Virus record (IMG/VR): IMGVR_UViG_3300002988_000063
Location: 1 to 56,485 of that record
Direction: 5' to 3' (one strand)
Source: a virus
Lineage: Duplodnaviria; Caudoviricetes
Length of the DNA: 56,485 nt
Position numbers and translations under genes: made by a program. Of the stretch, positions 56,190 through 56,485 are shown piece after piece; position 1 is the first letter of the stretch, and each line of letters begins with the position of its first letter. Under the pieces are notes generated by a model. That model did not search any database. It was not told where the DNA came from and saw nothing but the letters and a program-made list of their open reading frames with translations.

Positions 56190-56485
56190 AAGACTTCGGC
56201 GCAGAATTCAGCGCGAAAGCGTATGAAATGACAATGCTAATGAGCGAGGCGGCGCGAGAGTTAAAGAAAGAATACACCACGAACGAAAAGATCATCCGCG
56301 CCATCGAGGACTTAGACGAGGAACCGTGGCAGGAGTTTCTGAAAGCGTTCGCGTTTCTGGTAACGGCGGACGAGCTCAAAGAGATGTTAGGTAAGCTCGA
56401 AGAACGCGAGCGGAAAACTAAGCTGCTCGAAACATTCGATAAAATACAGGAGAGGAAAGGAGATGTGGCGCATCATGCAGTGTGA
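56186..56485 (+). CDS. Hypothetical helical protein
   Basis: GAGGT RBS; ATGA coupling. Confidence 0.55.
   Translation: MKDFGAEFSAKAYEMTMLMSEAARELKKEYTTNEKIIRAIEDLDEEPWQEFLKAFAFLVTADELKEMLGKLEERERKTKLLETFDKIQERKGDVAHHAV

Larger units (their letters stand above)
18097..56485. mobile_element. Temperate podovirus-like prophage, right end outside the window
   Basis: att site, integrase, head/tail/ejection genes, terminase, repressor and replication genes; no tape measure or sheath; visibly higher GC than the left flank. Confidence 0.95.

Overview
The window has two parts. Bases 1 to about 18,090 are an AT-rich accessory chromosomal region. It holds an array of paralogous TPR-like genes punctuated by a conserved intergenic repeat, a papain-family lipoprotein, an ankyrin protein, a Doc/Phd-like toxin-antitoxin pair, an HExxH protein, two tandem paralogous unknowns, a DUF2779 nuclease, and a TIR-plus-partner gene pair flanked by attC-like hairpins. 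From 18,097 to the window end is a GC-richer, apparently intact temperate podovirus-like prophage. Its left junction is the 3' half of a tRNA-Arg(CCT), and its right end lies outside the window. It encodes an integrase, lysis genes, three ejection-type proteins, tail and head genes, a terminase, a cI/cro-like switch with three operators, a tRNA-Gln, and a helicase/SSB/VRR-NUC/primase module. Three observations stand out. (1) Eight late-operon proteins, including the tail nozzle, one of two adaptor paralogs and the tail fibre, carry classical Sec or lipoprotein signal peptides while head and packaging proteins do not, suggesting part of the virion is built outside the cytoplasm. (2) A textbook -1 ribosomal frameshift signal (A_AAA_AAG, 6-nt spacer, 19-bp stem) extends a holin-like protein with a beta-strand tail ending in Phe. 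(3) A tRNA-like RNA with an aberrant anticodon arm lies directly upstream of that gene. All protein family calls come from motifs read by eye; no database searches were run.
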